This document shows, one piece after another, positions 17,053 through 25,511 of a stretch of DNA of 64,000 nucleotides. Numbering within the stretch: position 1 is the stretch's first letter; every line of letters starts with the position of its first letter. This stretch comes from Pyrobaculum sp. (GTDB taxonomy: Archaea; Thermoproteota; Thermoprotei; Thermoproteales; Thermoproteaceae): the NCBI GenBank assembly GCA_036833835.1, contig DAITPC010000002.1, forward strand, positions 8,115 to 72,114, written 5' to 3'. A program made the translations under genes and the position numbers. The notes beneath the pieces were generated by a model, which did not search any database, was not told where the DNA came from, and saw only the letters and a list, made by a program, of their open reading frames with translations.

Positions 17053-18309
17053 ATGGCCATGGGCTGGAGGAGGGTTCACTGGGTTTTGTTTGCCGTGGTG
17101 TCCGCCAGCTTTTTCCTCGACGGGGTGCTGTTTAGCTTAGTTCCCACGACGATATTCCTCGTAGAGGAGCTCGCCAAGTTGGCCACGGTGATATTCGCCG
17201 TGAACTCCATAGCCTTTATGGCAGGCGCGTTTGCGCTTGGGAGGCTTGGAGATGTGGTGGGGAGGAGGCTGGGGCTGATTATTTCGCTTACTATATACAC
17301 CCTTGGCGCCTTGTGGTTCGCCGCCGCCTATTGGATCGGCGTTCTTGACTTAGTTACGGCGCTTCTCTCCACATCCCTTATTAACTTCGGCGTGGGCGGC
17401 GAGGTGGGGCCTGCATATGCCGCCTTGGCGGAGTTGTCTCCGCCCAGGCGGAGGGGGGCCGCAGTTATGCTCGCGGCGAATTTCTGGAACGTCGGCGCCG
17501 CCATAATCGCCGCCCTCTCTCTTTATTACGTTGAACTCGCCGCAGATCCGCGGACGGCGGTTTTCTACACCTTCGTTACGGCTGTGGCGCTTGCGGCCCT
17601 CGTATTTATAGCAAGGCTACACATCCCGGAGTCTCCCCGGTGGCTTCTGGCCAGAGGAAGAGAGGCGGAGTCTAGGGCCCTCGTGGAGAAATACGGCGTT
17701 GAGCCGCCCCAGAGGGAGGAGAGGAGATCGTTGAGGGGGTACTGGGGCCGAGTGGCAATTTTCGCCGCCGCGTTCACCGCCCAGCTCATCACATATAACA
17801 TCGCCGCGTACTACCTGCCGTATGCCCCGGGCTTTGCCTACGGCCCAGATCTCGCGCCGCTTAATGTGGCTGTGGCCAACGCAGGCGCGGCGGTAGGCGC
17901 CTTCCTCCTAATGCCGCTTATAGACAAGTCCAGACGCCTCGCCTTTCTAGCCGCCTTCGCGGGGGGTTTAGCCACGGCAACCGCCTTAGCCGCCGCCCAC
18001 GGAGGGCCGCCCCAGCTCTACCTCGCCGTGCTCTTCCTCAACCTGGTGTTTTCGGAGTGGGCCTGGGCCGCCGTCAGCGTGCTGGAGGCTGAGCTCTTCC
18101 CCACGGCGGTGCGCTCGACGGCGGTGGGCATAGTCACGGCGTCCGCCTGGCTCATAAACGCCGCGGCGGTCTTCACAGAGGGCGTCCTCGGGGCCGGGCC
18201 CTTCTTCGCGTTGCTTGTGTCGCTGTGGGCCCTGGGCCTGGCTGTGGCCGCCCTCTGGTACGTCAAAGGCGTAGAAAGCGCGGGGAGGCGGCTAGAGGAG
18301 CTGGTGTAA
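17053..18309 (+). CDS. MFS transporter
   Basis: 418 aa with about 12 TM helices and the MFS signature GRLGDVVGRRLG after TM2. It is divergent from tenA across an A/T-rich bidirectional promoter region. Confidence 0.8.
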   Translation: MAMGWRRVHWVLFAVVSASFFLDGVLFSLVPTTIFLVEELAKLATVIFAVNSIAFMAGAFALGRLGDVVGRRLGLIISLTIYTLGALWFAAAYWIGVLDLVTALLSTSLINFGVGGEVGPAYAALAELSPPRRRGAAVMLAANFWNVGAAIIAALSLYYVELAADPRTAVFYTFVTAVALAALVFIARLHIPESPRWLLARGREAESRALVEKYGVEPPQREERRSLRGYWGRVAIFAAAFTAQLITYNIAAYYLPYAPGFAYGPDLAPLNVAVANAGAAVGAFLLMPLIDKSRRLAFLAAFAGGLATATALAAAHGGPPQLYLAVLFLNLVFSEWAWAAVSVLEAELFPTAVRSTAVGIVTASAWLINAAAVFTEGVLGAGPFFALLVSLWALGLAVAALWYVKGVESAGRRLEELV

Positions 18310-18993
18310 CTACTCTATGACTGCCCCGTATATCACGTCTATGCCGAGTTCCTGGGCTCGTTGTAGTGCCTCCTTGTCTATGTTCACGGCGACGATGATG
18401 AGCTTGGCGGCTTTCCTCCCCAGTATCCTCTCCACTATACCAGCCTTCTCGTAGAACCACTCCACATCGTCGAGCTCGGCGTGGGACTTCACCTCCACCA
18501 GGTACATCCCCCCGTCGTGTATGTACACGTCCACCTCAATCCTGGCGCCCCTCCTGTAGAACCTCCCATCTACGTCTGTGTAAACAAACTTCTCCACCCT
18601 CCCGGGCTCCACCTCCCTTTCCTCCAGCGCGTGGCGGTAAAGCTCCAGAACCGTCCTCTCAAGATCCCTGCCCCACCTCCTCCCCAGGGAGCCCACAGCC
18701 ACCTTGAGCTCGCCCACAGCCCTAGCCAGCTCCTCTAGTCTCTTCTCATGTTTCTCCAGCAGGTTCGAGTGTTCTTCTAACAGTTTAGAATGCTGTTGTA
18801 ATAAGTTAGTGTGCTGTTGTAATATGTTGGTGTGCTCCTCAAGGGTTTTGAACATCTTTTCGAAGCCCTCCTTCATGTAGCTGGCGAGGAGCTTAAGGGC
18901 CTCGGCCACCTCTTTCATCTCCTCAGACCTCGCCCTCAGTACGGCTCTGGTCACCACCTCCTCAAGCTTCTGCCAATCCAGCTCCATGCCCAC
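18310..18993 (-). CDS. coiled-coil protein with C-terminal PD-(D/E)xK-like nuclease-fold domain
   Basis: The N-terminal half is helical and contains a heptad tandem repeat. The C-terminal half contains RIEVDVYIHDGGMYLVEVKS (a D...E.K pattern) and a basic helix region. It resembles multi-copy crenarchaeal DUF3782-plus-nuclease-fold proteins. Confidence 0.6.
   Translation of the reverse strand: MGMELDWQKLEEVVTRAVLRARSEEMKEVAEALKLLASYMKEGFEKMFKTLEEHTNILQQHTNLLQQHSKLLEEHSNLLEKHEKRLEELARAVGELKVAVGSLGRRWGRDLERTVLELYRHALEEREVEPGRVEKFVYTDVDGRFYRRGARIEVDVYIHDGGMYLVEVKSHAELDDVEWFYEKAGIVERILGRKAAKLIIVAVNIDKEALQRAQELGIDVIYGAVIE
18730..18840 (-). repeat. imperfect 21-bp (7-codon) tandem repeat inside the CDS
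   Basis: The DNA units resemble gtgctgttgtaata[at]gtt[ag]gt. They encode EEHTNIL QQHTNLL QQHSKLL EEHSNLL EKHEKRL. Confidence 0.7.
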
Positions 18994-19009
18994 AACTCCA
19001 CGGCGCGGG

Positions 19010-19633
19010 CTACATATATGCTTTTCTTTGCCGCCTTCTGAGGCGCGACAGGTGGAGCCCGCAGACGAGGAGCGTGGGCGGAAGCGCCGCGGCCCCGAGG
19101 AAGACGGCTAGCTTGTCGAACTGACCAGCAGAGGCTAGGCGCTGTGTCTCTAGGAGGATAGGCGCCGTGGGGAGCGCCGTGATTAAAAGCGCCGCGGGGA
19201 ACCTCAGCACTTTCCTGGAGAAGACGTACCAAGCAACAACCAACAGTGCGGCGGAGACCAGAGCCAAGAAGAGCTGAGCCGCAGCGAAGCTCGCCACGTC
19301 CACCCCCGCGGGCTCCCAGAGAAGGATGTAGAAGTCTCTGGCGTAGACGGTGATGGGTCCTCCGTACTGCACGTCCTCCTCGGCTATGGGGCGTACGTCG
19401 CCGTACACAACTACGCCGCCTGGGACGCCGCCCACCGGCTGGTAGATGTAGTAGCGGCTCTACAGCAATCTGCCGAGCTCGTGGTATGCGTCTGGGCCGA
19501 AGACATCCCAGGTGACAGACACGGCGTAGGCGTCCCCCAGCCTTAGGGCGATGTCCCACAGCTCAAGCCACGCGGCAACCACTAAGAGTGTCAGCATGAA
19601 GAGGAGAAGGCCAAAAACTACCTGCCTCAGCAC
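19010..19633 (-). pseudogene. membrane protein gene interrupted by one in-frame amber codon
   Basis: The GTG at 19633 lies 22-27 nt after tttataaaag and opens MLRQVVFGLLLFMLTLLVVAAWLELWD...AYHELGRLL. A TAG follows at 19460-19462. The same frame then continues SRYYIYQPVGGVPGG... into ORF 19010..19435, which has 3 further TM helices. No other lesion is present. Confidence 0.45.
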
Positions 19634-19672
19634 ATATAACGCAACGGCCTTTTATAAACTTATTCGACGCGG

Positions 19673-19987
19673 TTGTCCACGGCGTATTGCATGCGCAGAG
19701 GGCGGCTTAAAGCTGTTAAATACGGGGTCCTGGGAGGTGTGTTTCTGGTCTTGGTGCTTGAGGGGTCTGGGTACCACCTAGATACTTTGTTGAAGTGGGT
19801 GAGGGAGGTTTGGGAATTTCTGTGGGAGGTGGGGGTGCGGGCCGTGGTGGAGGTGCCGGGGGGCGAGCCGCCTAGGGTGTGGCTCTGCGGGCGGCTTGTC
19901 TACGAGGGGCTTCCCGACGGCGAGTGGGCGCTTCTGGAGGTCGTGTCCTCCGCGGCGCGGCGGTGCCTGGTCTCGGGCAATGCATAA
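19673..19987 (+). CDS. hypothetical small protein (weak)
   Basis: 104-aa ORF with one hydrophobic helix. Its 3' end overlaps the convergent MFS gene by 88 nt. No family recognised, and it could be spurious. Confidence 0.25.
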   Translation: MSTAYCMRRGRLKAVKYGVLGGVFLVLVLEGSGYHLDTLLKWVREVWEFLWEVGVRAVVEVPGGEPPRVWLCGRLVYEGLPDGEWALLEVVSSAARRCLVSGNA

Positions 19988-21135
19988 ACGGCGATCGGCA
20001 CGGAGAGCCACAGCGCCGTGACTACCAACAACGAGGAGAGGCCCATGGCTGGGTAGAGCATGGGCCCCAGTATCATGCCTATCCTCGCCATTGAGCCGGC
20101 GGAGCCGGCGGCTAGCCCCCTCACGTGGTCTGGGAAGAGCTCTGGGGTGTAGGCGTAGACCACGCCCCAGGCGCCTAGGTTGAAGAAGTTCAGCGCCAAG
20201 GCGGCGAGGTACAGCTGAGCCGGCCCCTGGCTGTGGGCGAAGGCGAGGGCCGAGAGGGCCGACGCGGCGAAGAAGAGCGAGGCGGTGGGTCTTCTGCCGA
20301 TGCGCTCCACTAAGAAGGCCGCGGCGAAGTAGCCAGGTAGTTGCGCAATGGTGGTGACAAGCATAAACTCGTAGGACCCAAGCGCCGTGAATCCCCGCTC
20401 CCGTACCAAGATGGTGGGGAGCCAGAGGAAAATGCCGTAGTACCCAAAGGCGAGGACAAACCAGGTGTACCACAGGGGGACGAGACGTCTGGCGTATTCA
20501 GAAATATGTAGCGTCGTCCTCCTCTGCGGTTTGTGCTCCGGCAGGACGCTTCTGATTGCCGCCGTATAGAGGGCGGTGGCGCTCAGTATTAACACAGCCG
20601 TTCTCCAGCCCAGGGCGGGGAAGAGATAGTAGGCTACGGCCGCCGCCGCTAATGCGCCTAGAGACCAGAAGCTTTCTAGAAGCACCACGTTTCTCCCCCT
20701 TCTCCCCGGCGGAGACAGCTCGGAGACATAAGACGCAACGACAGGAAGCTCACCGCCTAGGCCGAGGCCGGCTACAAACCGTACGACCGCGAGCTCTGAG
20801 TGGCTTCTCACAAATGCGGTGGCGCCGGTGGCCAGGCTGTAGAGGAGGAGCGTTGTTATGAAGACCTTTCTCCTGCCCAGGGCGTCTGAAAGCCTCCCGA
20901 AGAGGGTTGCTCCTATCAACATGCCAAGGTTGTTGGCTAGTATTACCGCCGTCCGTTCGGCAACTCCCATATTTAGCTCGGGCGCGGCGGCGACCAGCAG
21001 ATAGGAGAGGAGGAGGACGTCCATAGCGTCGAAAAGCCAGCCGATGCCGGAGAGGATTATGAGCCTTCTCTCGGAGACCACGTGCGGGGGCTTGGCCATC
21101 TTTAAAAGTGTATGCAGGTCAAAATTTGTGCACAT
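19900..21135 (-). CDS. MFS transporter
   Basis: 411 aa with 12 TM helices and the motif GRLSDALGRRKVF after TM2. It is a paralog-like relative of the gene at 17053..18309. Confidence 0.8.
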   Translation of the reverse strand: MCTNFDLHTLLKMAKPPHVVSERRLIILSGIGWLFDAMDVLLLSYLLVAAAPELNMGVAERTAVILANNLGMLIGATLFGRLSDALGRRKVFITTLLLYSLATGATAFVRSHSELAVVRFVAGLGLGGELPVVASYVSELSPPGRRGRNVVLLESFWSLGALAAAAVAYYLFPALGWRTAVLILSATALYTAAIRSVLPEHKPQRRTTLHISEYARRLVPLWYTWFVLAFGYYGIFLWLPTILVRERGFTALGSYEFMLVTTIAQLPGYFAAAFLVERIGRRPTASLFFAASALSALAFAHSQGPAQLYLAALALNFFNLGAWGVVYAYTPELFPDHVRGLAAGSAGSMARIGMILGPMLYPAMGLSSLLVVTALWLSVPIAVYALPETRHRRAAEDTTSRSAHSPSGSPS

Positions 21136-21193
21136 AAACAGCGCGAGGCCTTGAGACCCAGCAAATTTTTAAGTGTATATAGGTAAAGGGGGT

Positions 21194-22075
21194 GTGAAGA
21201 TTACGGAGGTGGAGACCGAGAGTTCCGTATTGGCTGAGGCGCTGAGACGCGTGGGTGTGGAGGTGCGGAAGGGCGCCGCCGTGGTGGCGGTGTATGGGCG
21301 GGACCGCGACATCTTGAGGGCTCTGAGGGCTGAGGACAGGCCTGTCTTAGGCATCTCGCCGCCGGGGGTAAACGCCAGGCTGGCGGCGGTGGAGCTGAGG
21401 GAGCTGCCGCTTCTGCCGGAGCTGGAGTTTAAACCGGTGGACGCCATAAGGCTGGCGGCCGAGAGCGGGGGCCAGCGGATTGTGGCCATAAACGAGGTGG
21501 CTCTGCTCCCCGCGGAGCCAGCCGCCCTGGTGAGGTACTCGCTCTACGTAGACGGGGCCTTTGTCTTCAACGACATGGGAGACGGCTGTCTAGTGTCGAC
21601 GCCGGTGGGCTCCACGGCCTACGCCCTCTCGGCCGGGGGCGCGGTGATAAGCCCGGGGGCTGAAGTGGTGGAGGTGGTGCCCGTCAACTCCATGTTGAGG
21701 AGGCCGCCGCATGTCTTCCCGGCGGAGGCCGAGGTGGAGCTGCGGGAGGCTAGGAGCAGGTCTGACATCTTGCTAATAGGAGATGGCGCCGAGAGGATCA
21801 AGTACCGCGACTCGGCGGTTGTAAAACGCGTGGGGACTGCTAGGTTGCTTGTACGGATTCAAAGAGAGAGCCCGGCGCCGCGGCTGACTCCGAGTGCTCT
21901 TCTGGTGAGGAAGATCCTGGAGGAGAGGGGACCTCTGACGGTTTTGGAGATCGTGTCGCTGACAGGCCTCTCGCCGCGTACGGTGCGACACGCCTTGGAG
22001 AGGCTGAGGTCGTCCGGCCTCGTCCGGTCCGTGGTGGACCCCGCGGACCCGCGGCGTAGGGTCTATATGGCCTAG
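21194..22075 (+). CDS. nadK: NAD kinase with degenerate GGDG motif, fused to a C-terminal winged-helix domain
   Basis: It has INEVALLP and GDGCLVSTPVGSTAYALSAGGAVISP (NAD kinase signatures). The GGDGT position reads GRDRD. The last 60 or so residues (LLVRKILEERGPLTVLEIVSLTGLSPRTVRHALERLRSSGLVRSV) form a wHTH. ORF 21173..22075; I prefer the GTG at 21194 from the TATA-like aaatttttaag. Confidence 0.75.
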   Translation: MKITEVETESSVLAEALRRVGVEVRKGAAVVAVYGRDRDILRALRAEDRPVLGISPPGVNARLAAVELRELPLLPELEFKPVDAIRLAAESGGQRIVAINEVALLPAEPAALVRYSLYVDGAFVFNDMGDGCLVSTPVGSTAYALSAGGAVISPGAEVVEVVPVNSMLRRPPHVFPAEAEVELREARSRSDILLIGDGAERIKYRDSAVVKRVGTARLLVRIQRESPAPRLTPSALLVRKILEERGPLTVLEIVSLTGLSPRTVRHALERLRSSGLVRSVVDPADPRRRVYMA

Positions 22076-22272
22076 GCGCTCTCCGCGGCGGAGAACTTCC
22101 TGAGGAGGATGGGCGCAACCGCGCCGACGGCGATGGCGACTACAGATATGGCGAGGTCGCGGGCGTAGATCAGCGGGTCAAGCGACGGCGCCGATAAGGT
22201 GCTTACTAAATATATCACGCCGAGGACCAAAGCCACAGCGCTCAGTATGTAGGCGACGGTTCTCATAGGCAC
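22072..22272 (-). CDS. small two-TM membrane protein
   Basis: 66 aa with two hydrophobic helices. It overlaps the nadK stop convergently by 4 nt. Confidence 0.4.
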   Translation of the reverse strand: MPMRTVAYILSAVALVLGVIYLVSTLSAPSLDPLIYARDLAISVVAIAVGAVAPILLRKFSAAESA

Positions 22273-22331
22273 CTTCTCTCTCCTCTATTTAAAGATTTAA
22301 GGTTTATTAAGGAGGAACCGGAAGTAGACAA

Positions 22332-23225
22332 GTGATTGTGTGCCAAGACGTTGGGAGGAGATATGGCGATTTCTGGGCGTTGCGGGGCGTCACGTTTGAG
22401 GTGGGGAGAGGCGCCGTGCTGGCAGTTCTGGGTCCCAACGGCGCTGGCAAAACGACGTTGGTGAGAATACTGACCACCGAGCTCATGCCCAGCGAGGGGA
22501 GAGCCCACGTGGCTGGGTTCGACGTGGTGAAGGAGCCGGAGAAGGTGAGAAAGGTTATAGCGGCAGTCCCCCAGGAGAGCAGACCCATAGACTTCTTGAC
22601 GCCGTATGAGTTTGTCCTCAGCTACCTGCTCTTGCGCGGCCTCTCGCTGAGGGAGGCTAGGCGGCGGGCGGCGGAGGTTCTGCAGGTGTTCGGGCTTTGG
22701 GAGGTCCGAAACAGAGAGGTAGACACGCTCTCGGGCGGTATGAAGAGGAGGGTTCTCGTCGCCGCGGTGTTTGCCTCGGAGGCCGAGGTGGTGTTTCTCG
22801 ACGAACCAACCACGGGCTTAGACGTCTACTCCAAGCGGCTTGTGTGGAACGCCGTGTCTGAGCTCAAGAAGCGTGGGGCGACAGTGGTCTTGACCACCCA
22901 CTACGTGGAGGAGGCGGCGGCGCTGAGCGACGTCGTCCTCGTCCTCAACAAGGGACGTGTGGTGGATCTCGCGCCGCCGGATAAGCTAGTGGAGAAGGTG
23001 CCTGGAAGATACGTGGTGGAGATATACGGAGCCGATGGCCACACGGCGGGGGGCAAGGCGGTCCTGGATATCGGGGGCAGGAGGCTCTACTACGTGGAGA
23101 AGCCGCCGGAGGCCCTCTCGCTAGACGGAGCCAAGGTCGTGGTTAGGCCCAAGTCCCTAGAGGACTACGTACTGCTCACGGTGGGGGCTATAGAGGGGGC
23201 GAAGGAGGGGCATGAAGACGATTAG
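22332..23225 (+). CDS. ABC transporter ATP-binding protein (ABC-2 exporter type)
   Basis: It has Walker A (GPNGAGKTT), the signature LSGGMKRR and Walker B (VVFLDEPTTGLD). Confidence 0.9.
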   Translation: MIVCQDVGRRYGDFWALRGVTFEVGRGAVLAVLGPNGAGKTTLVRILTTELMPSEGRAHVAGFDVVKEPEKVRKVIAAVPQESRPIDFLTPYEFVLSYLLLRGLSLREARRRAAEVLQVFGLWEVRNREVDTLSGGMKRRVLVAAVFASEAEVVFLDEPTTGLDVYSKRLVWNAVSELKKRGATVVLTTHYVEEAAALSDVVLVLNKGRVVDLAPPDKLVEKVPGRYVVEIYGADGHTAGGKAVLDIGGRRLYYVEKPPEALSLDGAKVVVRPKSLEDYVLLTVGAIEGAKEGHEDD

Positions 23226-23937
23226 AGACGCCTTAGTTATAGCCTGGATAAACGGCTGGATAGCGGCGACCCGCGGCTGGATTTGGGTAATCGGAAGCTC
23301 CGTCAGCCCCATATCGTTCCTTGTAATCTTGGCGGTATACGGCGGGGTCGAGGGGCTTAAGTGGGGGCTCGTGGGGGGCTTCATCTGGACAATCGCGTCA
23401 AATGGCATCGGGCTTATCGGAGACGCTACCTACTACCGACTAGGAATCAAGTACCAGAGCATGCTGACAGCCGCCCCCGTCTCGCCGGCGGGCTACGCCC
23501 TAGGCCTGGCGCTGAGCGCCTTCGTCTTCGCCCTTCCCACCCTGGCGGTGTACCTCGCCGTCATGCTGTGGCTGGGGGTATGGATACTGAGACCCGAGTC
23601 CCTCTACGCCCTAATCACGCTTTGGCTGGCCTCCGCTGGCATAGGCTTTACCCTTGCCGGCTTCATCAAACACATGAGATACGCCTGGGCCCTCCCCCAG
23701 ATCCTCTCCGCGGCATTTACTGTGGGCGCCCCCGTGTACTACCCTGCGACGCACCTGCCCAGCCCGTACCTCGGCGTGGTGCTTCCCACAGGCGCCGCCG
23801 CGGTGATTATCCACAACTCCACCGGCTTAATGCCATACGAGCCGGGCCTCACGGCGGCGGCCGCAGTCGCGCTGATGCTGCAAGGCGCCCTAGGCCACTA
23901 CTTCATGTTTAAGCTGGCCCGGTGGAGACAGCCATAG
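23212..23937 (+). CDS. ABC-2 type transporter permease
   Basis: 241 aa with 6 TM helices. It overlaps the ATPase gene by 14 nt. Confidence 0.8.
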   Translation: MKTIRDALVIAWINGWIAATRGWIWVIGSSVSPISFLVILAVYGGVEGLKWGLVGGFIWTIASNGIGLIGDATYYRLGIKYQSMLTAAPVSPAGYALGLALSAFVFALPTLAVYLAVMLWLGVWILRPESLYALITLWLASAGIGFTLAGFIKHMRYAWALPQILSAAFTVGAPVYYPATHLPSPYLGVVLPTGAAAVIIHNSTGLMPYEPGLTAAAAVALMLQGALGHYFMFKLARWRQP

Positions 23938-24164
23938 CCTCTCTTCACACGACGACCACGGGACACCCCAACCCAAAGGCGACACTTCGCGCAGTGCATA
24001 CGCCAAGCTTGCCGGCTGATAAAAGAGAGATACACCCAACCTCCCCCACGACTACACACCATAGAGAACCACCCACCAGACGTAACAATGTGACACATTA
24101 CGGCAAAACAGAAACAAACAACGTTAAAAGACGAACGTTAAAAAAGGTGCAAAAATATGGAGAC

Positions 24165-25088
24165 ATGCCAAGTCTCCGGATAGGGGTAAACTGGGTTAAG
24201 CTTCTGGTGAGTCTCATAATTGCCGGCTTGGCGTTTGCCGTGGTTGAGACCGCGTACATCCTGTTTATCACGGGTACTTCGGATGTAGTCCTACAAGACT
24301 TCGATGAGAGTAAGTTCAGCCCTTTATACAAGAAAAACGAACTAAAAAGGGCGCCTCCGGAGGTTGAGGAGAGGATTGCGACGGCTGTGCGAGAAGTCGC
24401 TGGCGACAAGAGGTTCCTCGCCGCGTATATAATCAACAGTACACACTACGTCGTGTTGCTGACTAGAGATCTCGACCTGTACTACCTCCGCGTCAAGGCG
24501 GATAGAAGTAATGTCACTGTTGTAGGCCAGATGAGAGAGGTGCCGCGTAAGGTGGTGCGCACAGTGGAACAGAGAGAGACCACACAACGCGACAACATGA
24601 CCCTCACCATTGTCGTGAAATACGCCGTGTACGAATATTCAACCAAGACAGAGAGCGGAACCCTAACCATATATTCTGTAGGTCCCGTGGAAAGCCAAAA
24701 CGTGAAAGGACATGCGACGTGGGCCAGTGCCATACACTGTATTAAGAGCTCGTTCTATAATTGGCTTCCGAATGAGTTCGAGGTGTGTGCAACCGGCATT
24801 TGGTGGATAGAGTGGGGCGTGGCGGTGTTGCAGTTTGAGGACTGGTCTTACGCACGTGAAAGCGGCGCCGTGCAACAATGTAGCTTCTCTTCTCGAATAA
24901 GCGACGCCAGGCCCTATGAAGTAGGCGTCAGAGCAACGGGCAGATGGGCCACGTGTCCCGCGGGGCCGACAGTTAGAATAGCCCAGCTGTGGGCGCAGAT
25001 ATCCCTAGATTACATGGCCCGTGTATGGAGGGGTGGAGGGGGCTCAAGCTGGGTCGCCATGGGTTTCTGTTGCAACCCGTATCCGTAG
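24165..25088 (+). CDS. hypothetical N-terminally anchored extracytoplasmic protein
   Basis: The ATG at 24165 lies within ORF 23922..25088. The TM is VKLLVSLIIAGLAFAVVETAYILFI. The C-terminal region is Cys/Trp-rich. A TATA-like ttaaaaaa lies about 25 nt upstream. Confidence 0.5.
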   Translation: MPSLRIGVNWVKLLVSLIIAGLAFAVVETAYILFITGTSDVVLQDFDESKFSPLYKKNELKRAPPEVEERIATAVREVAGDKRFLAAYIINSTHYVVLLTRDLDLYYLRVKADRSNVTVVGQMREVPRKVVRTVEQRETTQRDNMTLTIVVKYAVYEYSTKTESGTLTIYSVGPVESQNVKGHATWASAIHCIKSSFYNWLPNEFEVCATGIWWIEWGVAVLQFEDWSYARESGAVQQCSFSSRISDARPYEVGVRATGRWATCPAGPTVRIAQLWAQISLDYMARVWRGGGGSSWVAMGFCCNPYP

Positions 25089-25139
25089 GATCTGCTCGTC
25101 TACCGCCTTTTTCCCTCTTCTTTGTTCTGAGGGGGGTTG

Positions 25140-25469
25140 CTAGATGTAGAGGGGCTGGACGCCGCCCGACTCTGCCACAACCTCCACCTCGACACCTATG
25201 TAATACGACTTGACCGTCACCTTGACGTAGGGCGGGTTCACCGCGGCTTTTACCCGCTCCATGAGGTCCACAGCCAGCTCCTCGTGTAGTATCTCCCTCC
25301 CCCTGTAGCTGTCTACCATTTGTTTAAATTCCTCTATGGTCAGTGCGGCGTCTCGCGGGATGTATTCAAGAGTCACCTCGAAGGAATCCACGGTTTTGCT
25401 TATGGGGCATATGGACTCTCCCCGGGTTTTTAGCCTTATGAGGGAGGGTTTTTTCGTCAGTTTAATCAT
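25140..25469 (-). CDS. QueF-like T-fold protein (archaeosine-synthase type of Crenarchaeota)
   Basis: 109 aa. It has ICPISKTVD (the Cys-Pro context of QueF) and LTIEEFKQMVDSYRG (QueF-motif-like). The size matches the single-domain crenarchaeal QueF-like proteins. Confidence 0.65.
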   Translation of the reverse strand: MIKLTKKPSLIRLKTRGESICPISKTVDSFEVTLEYIPRDAALTIEEFKQMVDSYRGREILHEELAVDLMERVKAAVNPPYVKVTVKSYYIGVEVEVVAESGGVQPLYI

Positions 25470-25511
25470 GCGGTGGGATTTCTATATTTATTAAAGAGTT
25501 GACGCCCAGCC

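Noticed and set aside
18951-20473. Long ORFs 18951..19559 (202 aa) and 19778..20473 (231 aa), rich in R/P/G/A.
   Set aside because: They lie in alternative frames of well-supported genes (the membrane gene at 19010-19633 and the MFS transporter at 19900-21135). They have the arginine- and proline-rich composition typical of shadow ORFs in GC-rich DNA.
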